This document shows positions 1 to 9,154 of a stretch of 64,000 bases of DNA, piece after piece. The DNA is from Candidatus Azambacteria bacterium. Lineage in GTDB: Bacteria; Patescibacteriota; Minisyncoccia; UBA10092. The stretch lies in the NCBI GenBank assembly GCA_016213445.1, contig JACRAJ010000002.1, positions 36,780 to 100,779 on the forward strand, in the 5' to 3' direction. Position numbers and translations under genes: made by a program. Each line of letters begins with the position of its first letter. Position 1 is the first letter of the stretch. Below the pieces are notes generated by a model. That model saw only the letters and a list, made by a program, of their open reading frames with translations. It was not told the origin of the DNA and ran no database searches.

Positions 1-961
1 CGCCGATAGTCGCCGATATATTGGCGGGATTGAAAATATCGTTTGCGGCAACGTAAACAAAGCGAGCGCAAACTTTAAAGGCCAATTTTGACATTTTATT
101 GTCGATGGCCTCGACAATTAATTTGTCGCCCGGAGAAAGGCTTTGAGCCGCCGCTTTTTCTTCCTTTTTGGCCGCGCCCCACTCGGGATAAACCGCTATC
201 GCTTTAAGCAAATTAACAGTAAATTCGCCGAGACCTTCCAAAAAATTTCCAAGCCAGCCTTTTTTTGCTTCGGTTTTTTTTCCGATTAACTTATTAACCG
301 CCGCGATTCCTTCTTCTTTCCAATCTTTTTCGCCGGTGGGTTTTATCACATATTGAATAAAAATATTTTCATTCGGTCTTAATTTTGAAAGAATTTCAAG
401 AAAAGAAGCAACCGGATCTATCCGCCGTTCTGGTTCCTTTTCTTCAAAAAACTGATAAGTTCTAATCGGATAATGATTGGCTTTATCCAATACAAATTCC
501 ACGCCTCCGATATTGTAATTTTTGCCGGGAATTTCTTTTGACAAATTTCCGGTATAATCCAAAACTTCCGAAATTTCGGCATCGGGATACTGGGCGTGAA
601 TTTGTGCTTCTATGAGATTTCTGAATTCTTCCGGCGTCCTGATGAAAAAATAGACCCCGCCGCCGATTCCGGCAATTTCAAGACTGAACCATTTTTGAAC
701 TTTGCCGTATAAATATTTGTCCAAAAATTTGACGCTGGTCAAAACGCCATGCAGTCCGGCAAAAATTTGTTCCATCGCCTTCGGAGTTTTTTCTATGCCT
801 CTAGGAATTTTAACTTCCAAAAGAAGCCAATTTATCTTTTTTATGGCTTTAACTTGAAGATATTTCACCCAAAGTTCGACAAGGAGCGCAAACAAAAAAA
901 TGGGCAACCAAAGCCACCATAGGCTCAAAAATACCTTAAATATTGTATAAAAGACCGCCAT
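1..961 (-). CDS. hypothetical membrane-anchored protein, 5' part only (runs off window edge)
   Basis: Minus-strand ATG at 961 (MAVFYTIFKVFLSLWWLWLPIFLF..., N-terminal TM helix). The frame stays open to position 1. It directly abuts the stop of the upstream gene at 962. It is missing from the ORF track only because it is truncated by the window. Confidence 0.5.
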   Translation of the reverse strand, partial: MAVFYTIFKVFLSLWWLWLPIFLFALLVELWVKYLQVKAIKKINWLLLEVKIPRGIEKTPKAMEQIFAGLHGVLTSVKFLDKYLYGKVQKWFSLEIAGIGGGVYFFIRTPEEFRNLIEAQIHAQYPDAEISEVLDYTGNLSKEIPGKNYNIGGVEFVLDKANHYPIRTYQFFEEKEPERRIDPVASFLEILSKLRPNENIFIQYVIKPTGEKDWKEEGIAAVNKLIGKKTEAKKGWLGNFLEGLGEFTVNLLKAIAVYPEWGAAKKEEKAAAQSLSPGDKLIVEAIDNKMSKLAFKVCARFVYVAANDIFNPANISATIG

Positions 962-1993
962 TTAAAGCAGAGTAAAATGTTCGTTTCCTATTTTTTTAAA
1001 AACTTTCTTGTTTTGAAGATTGAGAAGAATCGTATTTTCTTTAACCAAGCGCTTGGTCTGCACCATTTTGATTATTTCATCTTTATGGATTCCTTGTCTG
1101 GCGTTTTTCAAAGCGGTAACCAAAATGTCGCGCACGGTTCCCGGCTCGTATCCCCAATCGGCTAAAGCATACATTCCCCGGCCCACCAAAACAAAACGCG
1201 GGTCTTTTATCAATTCGTTATGCACGGTTTGATGGTGGGCTTTTCGATTGTCAAAAGTCGCGCGATTGATAAGTTCGGCCACTTGCGTAAAATGGAGCGG
1301 CTGTTTTTCTTTTTTAAAAATGATGTACGCTTTGTCTTTTACGCCTCGGGGAGATATTTCCGGCGAATTATTGAAACCCCACTCGCCAAAAGGATTTTGG
1401 CTGATGTCGCGGCAAAGCTCTATGCAGGAAAATAGCGATTTTTCGTCGGCATTGCTTAACGAAGTTGTGATTTTCAAAATCGTTTCTTTCGGCGTCGGCA
1501 AATTTTGTTCGCTAAGTTTTTTTCTTAAAGCTTCAATTAAAGAAACGGCATTGCCGTACGAATCGCCGGCCAAAGCCCAAGCGGCGCGCCGCTGTGGAGT
1601 TTCTTTGAAATATGAAAATTTTCCTTCTCCCAGAGCCAAAACAAAACCGACTAAATTTTCGTTGTTTTTCTCTCTTAGAGAAAAAATGTCCGAAAGTTCT
1701 TTTAAGAAAAAATCTTCTCTTCTAACCCCGCCATAATCAATTAAATGTTTTTTGATAGTTTCAAACGCGCCTTGAAGCGATTCCAAAATATTTTTATTGG
1801 CGAGCTGTTTTAAGCCCAAGGCCTCGATTTGCCTCACCCGTTCTCTGGTAACGCCGAGATTCTGGCCGATGGCTTCGAGAGTTTGATTGGAAATGGAGCG
1901 CAAACCAAAGCGTTTCTCAATAACCTGGCGCACTCTCGGATTAAGATTCTTTATTAATTCGTCTATTATTATTTTTAGGTTTTGTTCCGGCAT
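962..1993 (-). CDS. sigma-70 region-4 (HTH) domain protein with large uncharacterised C-terminal domain
   Basis: The N-terminus LEAIGQNLGVTRERVRQIEALGLKQL matches the sigma-70 region 4 helix-turn-helix. The remaining ~270 aa have no recognisable motif. Confidence 0.6.
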   Translation of the reverse strand: MPEQNLKIIIDELIKNLNPRVRQVIEKRFGLRSISNQTLEAIGQNLGVTRERVRQIEALGLKQLANKNILESLQGAFETIKKHLIDYGGVRREDFFLKELSDIFSLREKNNENLVGFVLALGEGKFSYFKETPQRRAAWALAGDSYGNAVSLIEALRKKLSEQNLPTPKETILKITTSLSNADEKSLFSCIELCRDISQNPFGEWGFNNSPEISPRGVKDKAYIIFKKEKQPLHFTQVAELINRATFDNRKAHHQTVHNELIKDPRFVLVGRGMYALADWGYEPGTVRDILVTALKNARQGIHKDEIIKMVQTKRLVKENTILLNLQNKKVFKKIGNEHFTLL

Positions 1994-2066
1994 ATTCTTT
2001 TATGATAATCGCTCTTTATTGAGCTGTTTTATAATATAATATAAATATGCGGCTGTCAACAAATCA

Positions 2067-2969
2067 TCAACTTGATTTCTTGCTTAACATTTTAAACCAA
2101 CTCGCAAGAAGCGGCGAAGCGATGAATATCGACGAGTAAGTTCCGGAAAAAATACCGACCATTAAAGCTAAAATAAAGTATTTAAGGCTTTCCCCGCCAA
2201 ATATATACAAGGCCGATAATGTCAAAAGAACAGTCAGCGAAGTATTGATTGAACGCACCAAAGTTTCATTGACGCTTCGATTGACCAGAGAATCGAAATC
2301 CAAAGAAGCGTAGCGTTTCAAATTTTCGCGAATCCTGTCAAAAACGACAATGGTATCGTGCACCGAAAATCCCAAGATTACAAGCAATGCCACGATAAAA
2401 TCGCCGCCGATTTCAATGCCGTAAAAATGGCCGAGATAGGAAAACAATCCCAATGGAATTATCAAATCATGAAATAATGCTGCGAGCGTCGCCGCGCCGT
2501 ATCGCCATGAACTTAAAGGCCGGGAAACTTTTCTGAAAGCCCAAGCGATATAAAGCGAGATGCCCAAGAGAACAATAATAATAGCCTTAATCGCTTTTTG
2601 TTTCAGTTCATTGCCGATAGTGGGCCCGATTGAAGAAAATCTTTTTTCTTCAATGTTGCCGCCGCTTGAATTCAAACTGTTTATAATCGCCTGATGCGTC
2701 GCCTCGTCTGTTTCTCTAAAACGAAAATCTACGCTGTCATCGCCGACCGGCGAAACTTTCAAGTCGCTTAAATTCAAAGGCTTCAACAGGTCGGTAATTT
2801 TGTTTATTTCGGGCCGATTGCGATTCGGATAAACAATTTCCAATATCGAACCGCCTTTAAAATCAATGCCGAATTGCAAGCCCCATAAAGACAAAGCGGC
2901 GATGCTTGCGACAATAAAAATGCCGGAAATCGCGTAATAAATTTTACTTTTTCCAATGATATTCAACAT
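2067..2969 (-). CDS. secF: protein-export membrane protein SecF
   Basis: N-terminal IIGKSKIYYAISGIFIVASI...FGIDFKGGS is typical SecF. It lies downstream of secD. Confidence 0.9.
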   Translation of the reverse strand: MLNIIGKSKIYYAISGIFIVASIAALSLWGLQFGIDFKGGSILEIVYPNRNRPEINKITDLLKPLNLSDLKVSPVGDDSVDFRFRETDEATHQAIINSLNSSGGNIEEKRFSSIGPTIGNELKQKAIKAIIIVLLGISLYIAWAFRKVSRPLSSWRYGAATLAALFHDLIIPLGLFSYLGHFYGIEIGGDFIVALLVILGFSVHDTIVVFDRIRENLKRYASLDFDSLVNRSVNETLVRSINTSLTVLLTLSALYIFGGESLKYFILALMVGIFSGTYSSIFIASPLLASWFKMLSKKSS

Positions 2970-2994
2970 CAGTTTAAAAATTAAAGATTAGAAA

Positions 2995-4410
2995 TTAAAC
3001 ATTGCGCGACTTTACTCCCATCAGCCAAGAAAATTTTTCGAGAGCGCCGATTGGAAAAACTTTTAAAAACGAACGGGTAACGAAAATTGCCGAAAACATA
3101 CTCACAATAACGCCGATCCCGAGGGTAAGGGCAAAACCCCTTACAATGCTTGTGGTAAAAAAATACAAAACCGTGGTAGTTATAAGAGTGGAAACGTTTG
3201 AATCGCGAATCGATGTCCAGGCGCGGGCAAAACCGTCATCAATCGCCAAAGCGAGATTTTTCCCCGCTCTGTATTCTTCTTTCATTCGTTCAAAGATAAG
3301 AATATTGGCGTCAACGGCCATGCCGATTGAAAGAATAAAACCGGCGACGCCCGCCAAAGTCAACGTTACGGGTATCAGCTTGAAAATCGCCAAAACCAAA
3401 ACGGCATAAATCAACAAAGCCGCCACGGCCACGATGCCGGGAAAACGATAAAATAAAATCATAAACAGCGCCACCACCAAAAATCCAATAAGGCCGGCTT
3501 TAACGCTTTTATCGAGGGAATCCTGGCCCAAACTGGCGCCAACCGAATCCTGGGAAATTAATCTAATAGGCACAGGCAAAGCGCCGGCATTAAGGCGTTC
3601 GGCCAATTGTTTCGCTTCATTGATGTTGAATTTTCCGGAAATAACGGCCGAACCGCCGCTGATGGGTTCGCGAACGGTAGGCGCCGAAATCGGAAGGCCG
3701 TCCAAGTAAATTCCCAGTTTTTTGCCTACGTTGCGCTTCGTCAAATCTTCAAATATTTTAGCGCCCTCGCTGTCAAATTGAACGCTGACCTGCGGCTGAT
3801 AAGCGCTTTGGTCAAATTCCACTTTCGCGCCTTTTATGTATCTGCCGTTTAAATTAGTGGATTTAAAATACGGATCTTGCGCCAAATAATCTTTATTGCC
3901 GGCTTTTTGTTCATTTAAAATTTTTTGCGTCTCGGCATTATCGCGCTGTTCTTTAAATTCCAAAAATGGCGTTTCGCCGATTAAAGCGATTGCTTGGGGA
4001 ATATTTTTAATTCCGGCCAGTTCCACCATAAGGCGCCAATCCGAACCGGAATGATCAACTCCGACCACGGGTTCGCTAACGCCGAAAAGATTGACCCGGC
4101 GTTCAATCACATCGCGCAAACCCGACATGGCCGAAGCGGCGTCTCCGCCGCTTACTCCCGAAACGTCAGCCGAATAAATCAATCTGGTGCCGCCGGCTAA
4201 ATCAAGTCCGAGTTTAAAAGGCGTTTTAACAAAATTCGGCAGAGCTACCGGCGAAACAACGTTTATTTTGCCGACAGCTTTATCCCAAATTGACGGAAAA
4301 ATAAAAAACGCCGCGATAACGGCGATTACAAAAATCGCCAACACCGTAAAACGCGTCTTTTTTGCGGCATCCAATTTGAATAATTTGTCGGGTGAGTAAT
4401 TTTCAGCCAT
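2995..4410 (-). CDS. secD: protein-export membrane protein SecD
   Basis: GLDLAGGTRLIY motif and multi-TM C-terminal SSD domain. Forms a secD-secF pair. Confidence 0.9.
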   Translation of the reverse strand: MAENYSPDKLFKLDAAKKTRFTVLAIFVIAVIAAFFIFPSIWDKAVGKINVVSPVALPNFVKTPFKLGLDLAGGTRLIYSADVSGVSGGDAASAMSGLRDVIERRVNLFGVSEPVVGVDHSGSDWRLMVELAGIKNIPQAIALIGETPFLEFKEQRDNAETQKILNEQKAGNKDYLAQDPYFKSTNLNGRYIKGAKVEFDQSAYQPQVSVQFDSEGAKIFEDLTKRNVGKKLGIYLDGLPISAPTVREPISGGSAVISGKFNINEAKQLAERLNAGALPVPIRLISQDSVGASLGQDSLDKSVKAGLIGFLVVALFMILFYRFPGIVAVAALLIYAVLVLAIFKLIPVTLTLAGVAGFILSIGMAVDANILIFERMKEEYRAGKNLALAIDDGFARAWTSIRDSNVSTLITTTVLYFFTTSIVRGFALTLGIGVIVSMFSAIFVTRSFLKVFPIGALEKFSWLMGVKSRNV

Positions 4411-4452
4411 AAAACCAAACGATACCTGTAAATATTGCTTTAGATATTAAAA

Positions 4453-4995
4453 TTATTTCTCTCCCCCTGTCAAATTTTTAACCAATAAAAACCGCAAGGG
4501 TTTTTTAGACCATATCGGCTCCGCATAAGCCACGCCGATTCTCGGCAATTTTTTAACGCTGAATTTCGAACGTTTAAAACCGGGGTTTTCTTCTATCCAT
4601 AGCCCCATTTTCATCGATGCTTTATTGTTGTTGAACTTTTTATCGATTTTTAAAAATTTAGTCAGCCGCGCCGGCCCGTTAATTCCTTTAACGGCTCGGA
4701 TTAAAATTGCGGCCGGATAATTTTTGGGGCCGGTAACGATATTCAGCATCCAGTGCATTCCGTACGTGAAATAAACATACCAAACGCCGGCTTCGCCGAA
4801 CATTGGCGCGTTTCTTTTCGTTATCCCCCGCGAAGCGTGCGACGCTTTGTCTTTAAAGCCGTCATAAACCTCGACTTCGGTAATCATAAGGCGAATTATT
4901 TTCCCGCCGATGCGTCTTACCAAATATTTTCCCAACAGATTTTTTGCCGCAGTCGCCGCCGGTTTTTCAAAAAATTTCTTTTTTAAAATGCCCAT
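4453..4995 (-). CDS. mpg: DNA-3-methyladenine (methylpurine) glycosylase, Mpg/AAG family
   Basis: TEVEVYDG...ASHASRGITKRNAPMFGEAGVWYVYFTYGMHWMLNIV matches the MPG family core. Confidence 0.8.
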   Translation of the reverse strand: MGILKKKFFEKPAATAAKNLLGKYLVRRIGGKIIRLMITEVEVYDGFKDKASHASRGITKRNAPMFGEAGVWYVYFTYGMHWMLNIVTGPKNYPAAILIRAVKGINGPARLTKFLKIDKKFNNNKASMKMGLWIEENPGFKRSKFSVKKLPRIGVAYAEPIWSKKPLRFLLVKNLTGGEK

Positions 4996-5325
4996 TCAAA
5001 TTATTGATCTAATTTCTTCCAAAATTTCTTTCGGAATCGGATTACGCGCCGGGCTTTTTCCCGGATACTTCCAAGCCGTGATTATTTTTATTTGTTTTCT
5101 GCTTTTTATTGATTTATATATAGTCCAAATTTCGGAATAAGTTTTATTGCCCGCAGGTTGCATGGATGCGATCATGTTTGGCACTATCGCCTCTTCGGTT
5201 CGCGCCGGATGCCTGATTATTCTTTTGATTCTCTGCGCCGACAATCCGTAATGCCGCATTTTATACTGCGAATGTTTCGTCCAGATGTATTTTTCTGATT
5301 TGGCGGATTGATTTAAGAGCTTCAT
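4996..5325 (-). CDS. small hypothetical protein, DUF4258-like
   Basis: IWTKHSQYKMRHYGLSAQRIKRII resembles the W-T-x-H-A-x2-R-M-x-E-R-G-I signature recalled for DUF4258. It is translationally coupled to the flanking genes (ATGA overlap at 5325; adjacent to mpg at 4995/4996). Confidence 0.5.
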   Translation of the reverse strand: MKLLNQSAKSEKYIWTKHSQYKMRHYGLSAQRIKRIIRHPARTEEAIVPNMIASMQPAGNKTYSEIWTIYKSIKSRKQIKIITAWKYPGKSPARNPIPKEILEEIRSII

Positions 5326-6101
5326 TATCTTTCAATTCCGCCGGCCGCTTCGCGGTAGCGGCAAAAATCGCAATCGGCGGACATTTTCGGAATTTCATTT
5401 CCCATCAAGCATTTATGCGCGTCAAAAACGGTTTTTTCAACCCAGCTATCGTCGCCTTTGTATGGCAGCAGTTTGATGTCAAATTCCAATTTTCCGTCAA
5501 AAGCTTCTTTGTCGGCATTGCCGTTGCAGTAAACGAAATAGCCCGTGTCGGAAACTTTAAAATCGTTCTTTCTGAAAAGCCACTGGTAAATTTCCATTTG
5601 CCGCTTATAGCCGCCCTGCCACTCCGCATCCAAATTGATTTCGGAGCTTTTCGACGTTGCCTTGTAGTCGACGATAATAAGATTGCCCTGCGGATCAACC
5701 CAAATGTCGTCTATCGCGCCGGTAATTATCAAATTCGTCGGCTCATGGAAATACTGGATGCCTTCGCTCAAAGCATCGCGCCATTTTTCCATATTTTCAT
5801 GCTTAAACGGAATGGCGTCTATTTTGTAAGCTTTCATAAGCGGATGCGGATTTCCCGCCGCCCGGTGAATGTCGAATTCTTTTTTCAAAAGAGTGTCAAC
5901 GGCTTTGTTTAAGTTGAACGGAAAGCCCGGCGGCTGGCCGATGCCGAGACGCCGGTCGAGATAAAAACATTTCGGGCACGACAAAAAATTGTCGATTTTG
6001 GAACGGCTTAATTTAAACGGCGTTTTCGACACCGGATCAAAAATATTCCTGCTTCTTTTCGGATTGTAAAATTTCGACATGGTTTGTATTCTAACACGCA
6101 A
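5325..6101 (-). CDS. PD-(D/E)XK nuclease, Cas4/RecB-like with Fe-S cysteines
   Basis: GAIDDIWVDPQGNLIIVDYKATSK gives the D..D/ExK catalytic motif. It has an N-terminal CPKC and a C-terminal C-D-F-C, as in Cas4/AddB iron-sulfur nucleases. Confidence 0.75.
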   Translation of the reverse strand: MRVRIQTMSKFYNPKRSRNIFDPVSKTPFKLSRSKIDNFLSCPKCFYLDRRLGIGQPPGFPFNLNKAVDTLLKKEFDIHRAAGNPHPLMKAYKIDAIPFKHENMEKWRDALSEGIQYFHEPTNLIITGAIDDIWVDPQGNLIIVDYKATSKSSEINLDAEWQGGYKRQMEIYQWLFRKNDFKVSDTGYFVYCNGNADKEAFDGKLEFDIKLLPYKGDDSWVEKTVFDAHKCLMGNEIPKMSADCDFCRYREAAGGIER

Positions 6102-6118
6102 TCATTCAAACGCGCGAA

Positions 6119-6475
6119 TTATCGTTTAACGCGCGCGGCGAGGGCGAAATGGAAAAAATATCCGTCTAAATCTTTCAGCGACGTTTTATATTCTTTCCCG
6201 CCCGAAATGGCGCCGCATAATAATTCCCGAACTCTGGCAATTTCTTTCAACCGATTTTTCCAGCGCGAATCGTTGATTGTCAAATCCAAAAGCTCCAACG
6301 CTCTATCAATAGCATTGTTATACGATTCTTGGTTTTTATCGCGCCAATTAAGAGCGCGGCTTACTTCACTACCGATATTTCCCATTTGTTCCATTAAAGA
6401 AAGTTGTTGCCATTTTCCCGCCGCCAATTCTTTGTGTATATAATTTTTTGATTTTTCGACAATTTTTATTTCCAT
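6119..6475 (-). CDS. hypothetical all-alpha protein, possibly a degenerate MazG/HisE-like NTP pyrophosphatase
   Basis: The helical pattern LMEQMGNIGSEV...NAIDRALELLDLT resembles small MazG-like proteins, but the canonical EExxE glutamates are partly replaced. It is the first gene of the nuclease operon. Confidence 0.45.
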   Translation of the reverse strand: MEIKIVEKSKNYIHKELAAGKWQQLSLMEQMGNIGSEVSRALNWRDKNQESYNNAIDRALELLDLTINDSRWKNRLKEIARVRELLCGAISGGKEYKTSLKDLDGYFFHFALAARVKR

Positions 6476-6577
6476 AATATATTATTATAACATTTTTACT
6501 TCCCACAGCACTTCTTATTAATTCCTAGCGAGCCCACAGGCGAGAGTTTACTTTCATCTGGGACGAGCGACGGAATT

Positions 6578-9097
6578 TCAAGCGCCACAGCAGCGCTTAT
6601 ATTTTTTGCCGGAGCCGCAGGGGCAGGGATCATTTCTACCGGCAACATGTTGATTTGAAACATGAGACATTGAATCCGTCACTGTCGCTTGTCGCTTGTC
6701 GCTAATTGCTGATTGCGCCGGCGGCTGGATTTTCAAAATCAGCGACGCAATTTGCGCGTCAAAATTGAAAAGCAAATCCTTAAACAATCTTTTGCTTTCA
6801 TTTTTATACTCCACCAGCGGATCTCTTTGGCCGTACGCCCGAAGCCGCACGCTGTCGCGCAGGTATTCCATATCCTCCAAATGGTTCATCCATAAATTAT
6901 CAAGAATATTGAGCATCAGCATTTTTTCAACCTGCCGCATCAACTCCGGCCCGATTTCTTTTTCTTTTTTATCGTACAAATCTTCCGCGTTTTCCATGTT
7001 TTGATTTTTCAGCAATTCCAAAACTTCGTCGCGGGAAACGCCCGACAAAATTTCCCGTCTTTTTTTATAAATCAAAGAGCGGTGCTGGTTCATCACGTCG
7101 TCGTATTCCAAAATATGTTTTCTGGCGTCGAAATTAAAGCCTTCGATTTTGGTTTGCGCCGATTCAATGGCTTTGGATACCAATCCGGCTTCTATCGGCT
7201 GGTCTTCGGGAATGTTGAGCGTCGTCATTAAATTTTTAATGCGTTCGCCGCCGAATATTTTGAGCAAGCTGTCTTCTAAAGAGACAAAAAATTGCGACGA
7301 ACCTGGGTCGCCTTGCCGGCCGGCGCGGCCTCTAAGCTGGTCGTCGATTCTTCTGGCTTCGTGGCGTTCGGTGCCGATTACGCACAAACCGCCCAAATCC
7401 GCGACTTGTTTGGCCTCTTCGGGATTTTTCGGATTGCCTCCCAAAATAATATCAACGCCGCGGCCCGCCATATTGGTCGCCACCGTCACCGCCCCCAGCC
7501 TGCCGGCTTGCGCGTGAATCGCCGCTTCCCTTTCATGCTGTTTGGCGTTTAAAACTTCATGTTTAATTCCTTCGCGCGAAAGCATCCGCGACAGCATTTC
7601 GTTGTTTTCAATTGAAATTGTGCCGATCAAAACCGGCTGGCCTTTTGCGTTTCGTTCCTTTACTTCATCAACAACCGCTTTAAATTTCGCTTCTTTCGTT
7701 TTGTAAATTTTGTCGGCCAGATTTTTCCTAATCATCGGTTTGTGCGTCGGCGCGATTACGACGCCGAGATTATAAACTTTATGGAATTCCTCGGCTGAAG
7801 TGGCGGCGGTGCCGGTCATTCCGGCTAATTTGTCGTAAAGCCGGAAAAAATTCTGAAAAGTTATTGTCGCTAATGTTTTTGATTCCTGCTGAACTTTCAC
7901 GCCTTCTTTGGCTTCAATCGCCTGATGCAATCCTTCGGAATACCGCCTGCCCTGCAAAAGCCGGCCGGTAAATTCGTCAACGATGATTATTTCGCCATTC
8001 CTGACGACATAGTCTTTATCCTTATGAAAAAGAGCCTCGGCCCTCAGCGCCTGTTCCAAATGATGGACATATCTGATGCTTCTTTCTTCATAAATATTTT
8101 CCATTCCCAAGATTTTTTCCACTTTGTTTAAACCGGCATCGGTGATAATTGCCGTCCTCATTTTTAAATCGACATTATAATCCTCGTTTTCTTTAAGCTG
8201 TGGAACGATTTTGGAGAAAGTTTCGTAAAGTTTCGGCGACTGCGCATCCGGCATAGAAATAATGAGCGGAGTTCGCGCTTCATCGATTAAAATGCTGTCG
8301 ACTTCATCGACAATGGCGAAAGCGCGGCCGGGACTGATTATTTGCGACAAGTCGCCCACTAAATTATCTCTCAAATAATCAAACCCGAATTCGGTGTTGG
8401 TGCCGTAAACTATGTCGCAATTGTAAGCGTCTTTTTTCGACGCCGGCCGCAAAAATTCATGTACCACCCGAAAACTTCCTTGATTGTCTCTTAATTCATC
8501 AAGTTTTTGTTCATTATTTTTGAGATTTGAGATTTGAGATTTGAGATTTGATCCGTGCAGCGGATCATAGATATAACTGCCATCAGAATTTATACATCCC
8601 ACCGTAAGTCCGAGAAAATCATAAATTTGTCCCATCCAAACCGCGTCGCGTCGCGCCAGATAATCGTTGACGGTAATGATATGGACGGAAGCTTTATTGT
8701 CGCCGGCCGAATGCGGGATAGCATTTAAATATGCGGGCAAAGTGGCTGTTAAAGTTTTGCCTTCGCCCGTCGCCATCTGGGCGATTTTTCCTTGGTGAAG
8801 CGCAATCGCGCCCAAAATTTGCTCGTCAAAGTGGCGCTGGTTCAGCGTTCTTTTTGCCGCTTCCCGCGCGATCGCAAACGTTTCGGGCAAAATCTCATCA
8901 AGCGAAGCGCCTTTTAGAAAACGATTTTTAAATTCTTCGGTTTTATTTTTTAAATCACTGTCCGAAAGCTTTAAAAATTGGCCATCAAAAGAATTAACCT
9001 CCTTTAACAGAGGCTTGATTTTATTTAAATATCGTTCATTCGCGTCGCCGAAAATTTTGGATAAAATACTCATCTTGGTTAGAAAATTATATAACAA
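6578..9097 (-). CDS. secA: preprotein translocase ATPase SecA
   Basis: Full-length, 839 aa. DEAD-like motor motifs are present. The C-terminus has the zinc-binding CPCGSGKKYKRCCG. Confidence 0.95.
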   Translation of the reverse strand: MLYNFLTKMSILSKIFGDANERYLNKIKPLLKEVNSFDGQFLKLSDSDLKNKTEEFKNRFLKGASLDEILPETFAIAREAAKRTLNQRHFDEQILGAIALHQGKIAQMATGEGKTLTATLPAYLNAIPHSAGDNKASVHIITVNDYLARRDAVWMGQIYDFLGLTVGCINSDGSYIYDPLHGSNLKSQISNLKNNEQKLDELRDNQGSFRVVHEFLRPASKKDAYNCDIVYGTNTEFGFDYLRDNLVGDLSQIISPGRAFAIVDEVDSILIDEARTPLIISMPDAQSPKLYETFSKIVPQLKENEDYNVDLKMRTAIITDAGLNKVEKILGMENIYEERSIRYVHHLEQALRAEALFHKDKDYVVRNGEIIIVDEFTGRLLQGRRYSEGLHQAIEAKEGVKVQQESKTLATITFQNFFRLYDKLAGMTGTAATSAEEFHKVYNLGVVIAPTHKPMIRKNLADKIYKTKEAKFKAVVDEVKERNAKGQPVLIGTISIENNEMLSRMLSREGIKHEVLNAKQHEREAAIHAQAGRLGAVTVATNMAGRGVDIILGGNPKNPEEAKQVADLGGLCVIGTERHEARRIDDQLRGRAGRQGDPGSSQFFVSLEDSLLKIFGGERIKNLMTTLNIPEDQPIEAGLVSKAIESAQTKIEGFNFDARKHILEYDDVMNQHRSLIYKKRREILSGVSRDEVLELLKNQNMENAEDLYDKKEKEIGPELMRQVEKMLMLNILDNLWMNHLEDMEYLRDSVRLRAYGQRDPLVEYKNESKRLFKDLLFNFDAQIASLILKIQPPAQSAISDKRQATVTDSMSHVSNQHVAGRNDPCPCGSGKKYKRCCGA
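6684..6704. repeat. heptanucleotide microsatellite (TGTCGCT)x3 in the secA C-terminal tail
   Basis: tgtcgcttgtcgcttgtcgct. The same unit, cyclically permuted, occurs in the dnaK C-terminus. Confidence 0.85.
8521..8551. repeat. heptanucleotide microsatellite (TGAGATT)x4 inside secA
   Basis: tgagatttgagatttgagatttgagatttga is read directly in the sequence. It stays in frame and encodes SNLKSQISNLK. Confidence 0.9.
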
Positions 9098-9114
9098 AAC
9101 GTCTTTTTAGGCAA

Positions 9115-9146
9115 CAAAAAAGCCGCGGAAACGCGGCTTTTTTTAT
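9115..9146. terminator. bidirectional rho-independent terminator
   Basis: aaaaaagccgcggaaacgcggcttttttt: a GC stem flanked by an A-run and a T-run. Confidence 0.7.
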
Positions 9147-9154
9147 ATTTGGCT

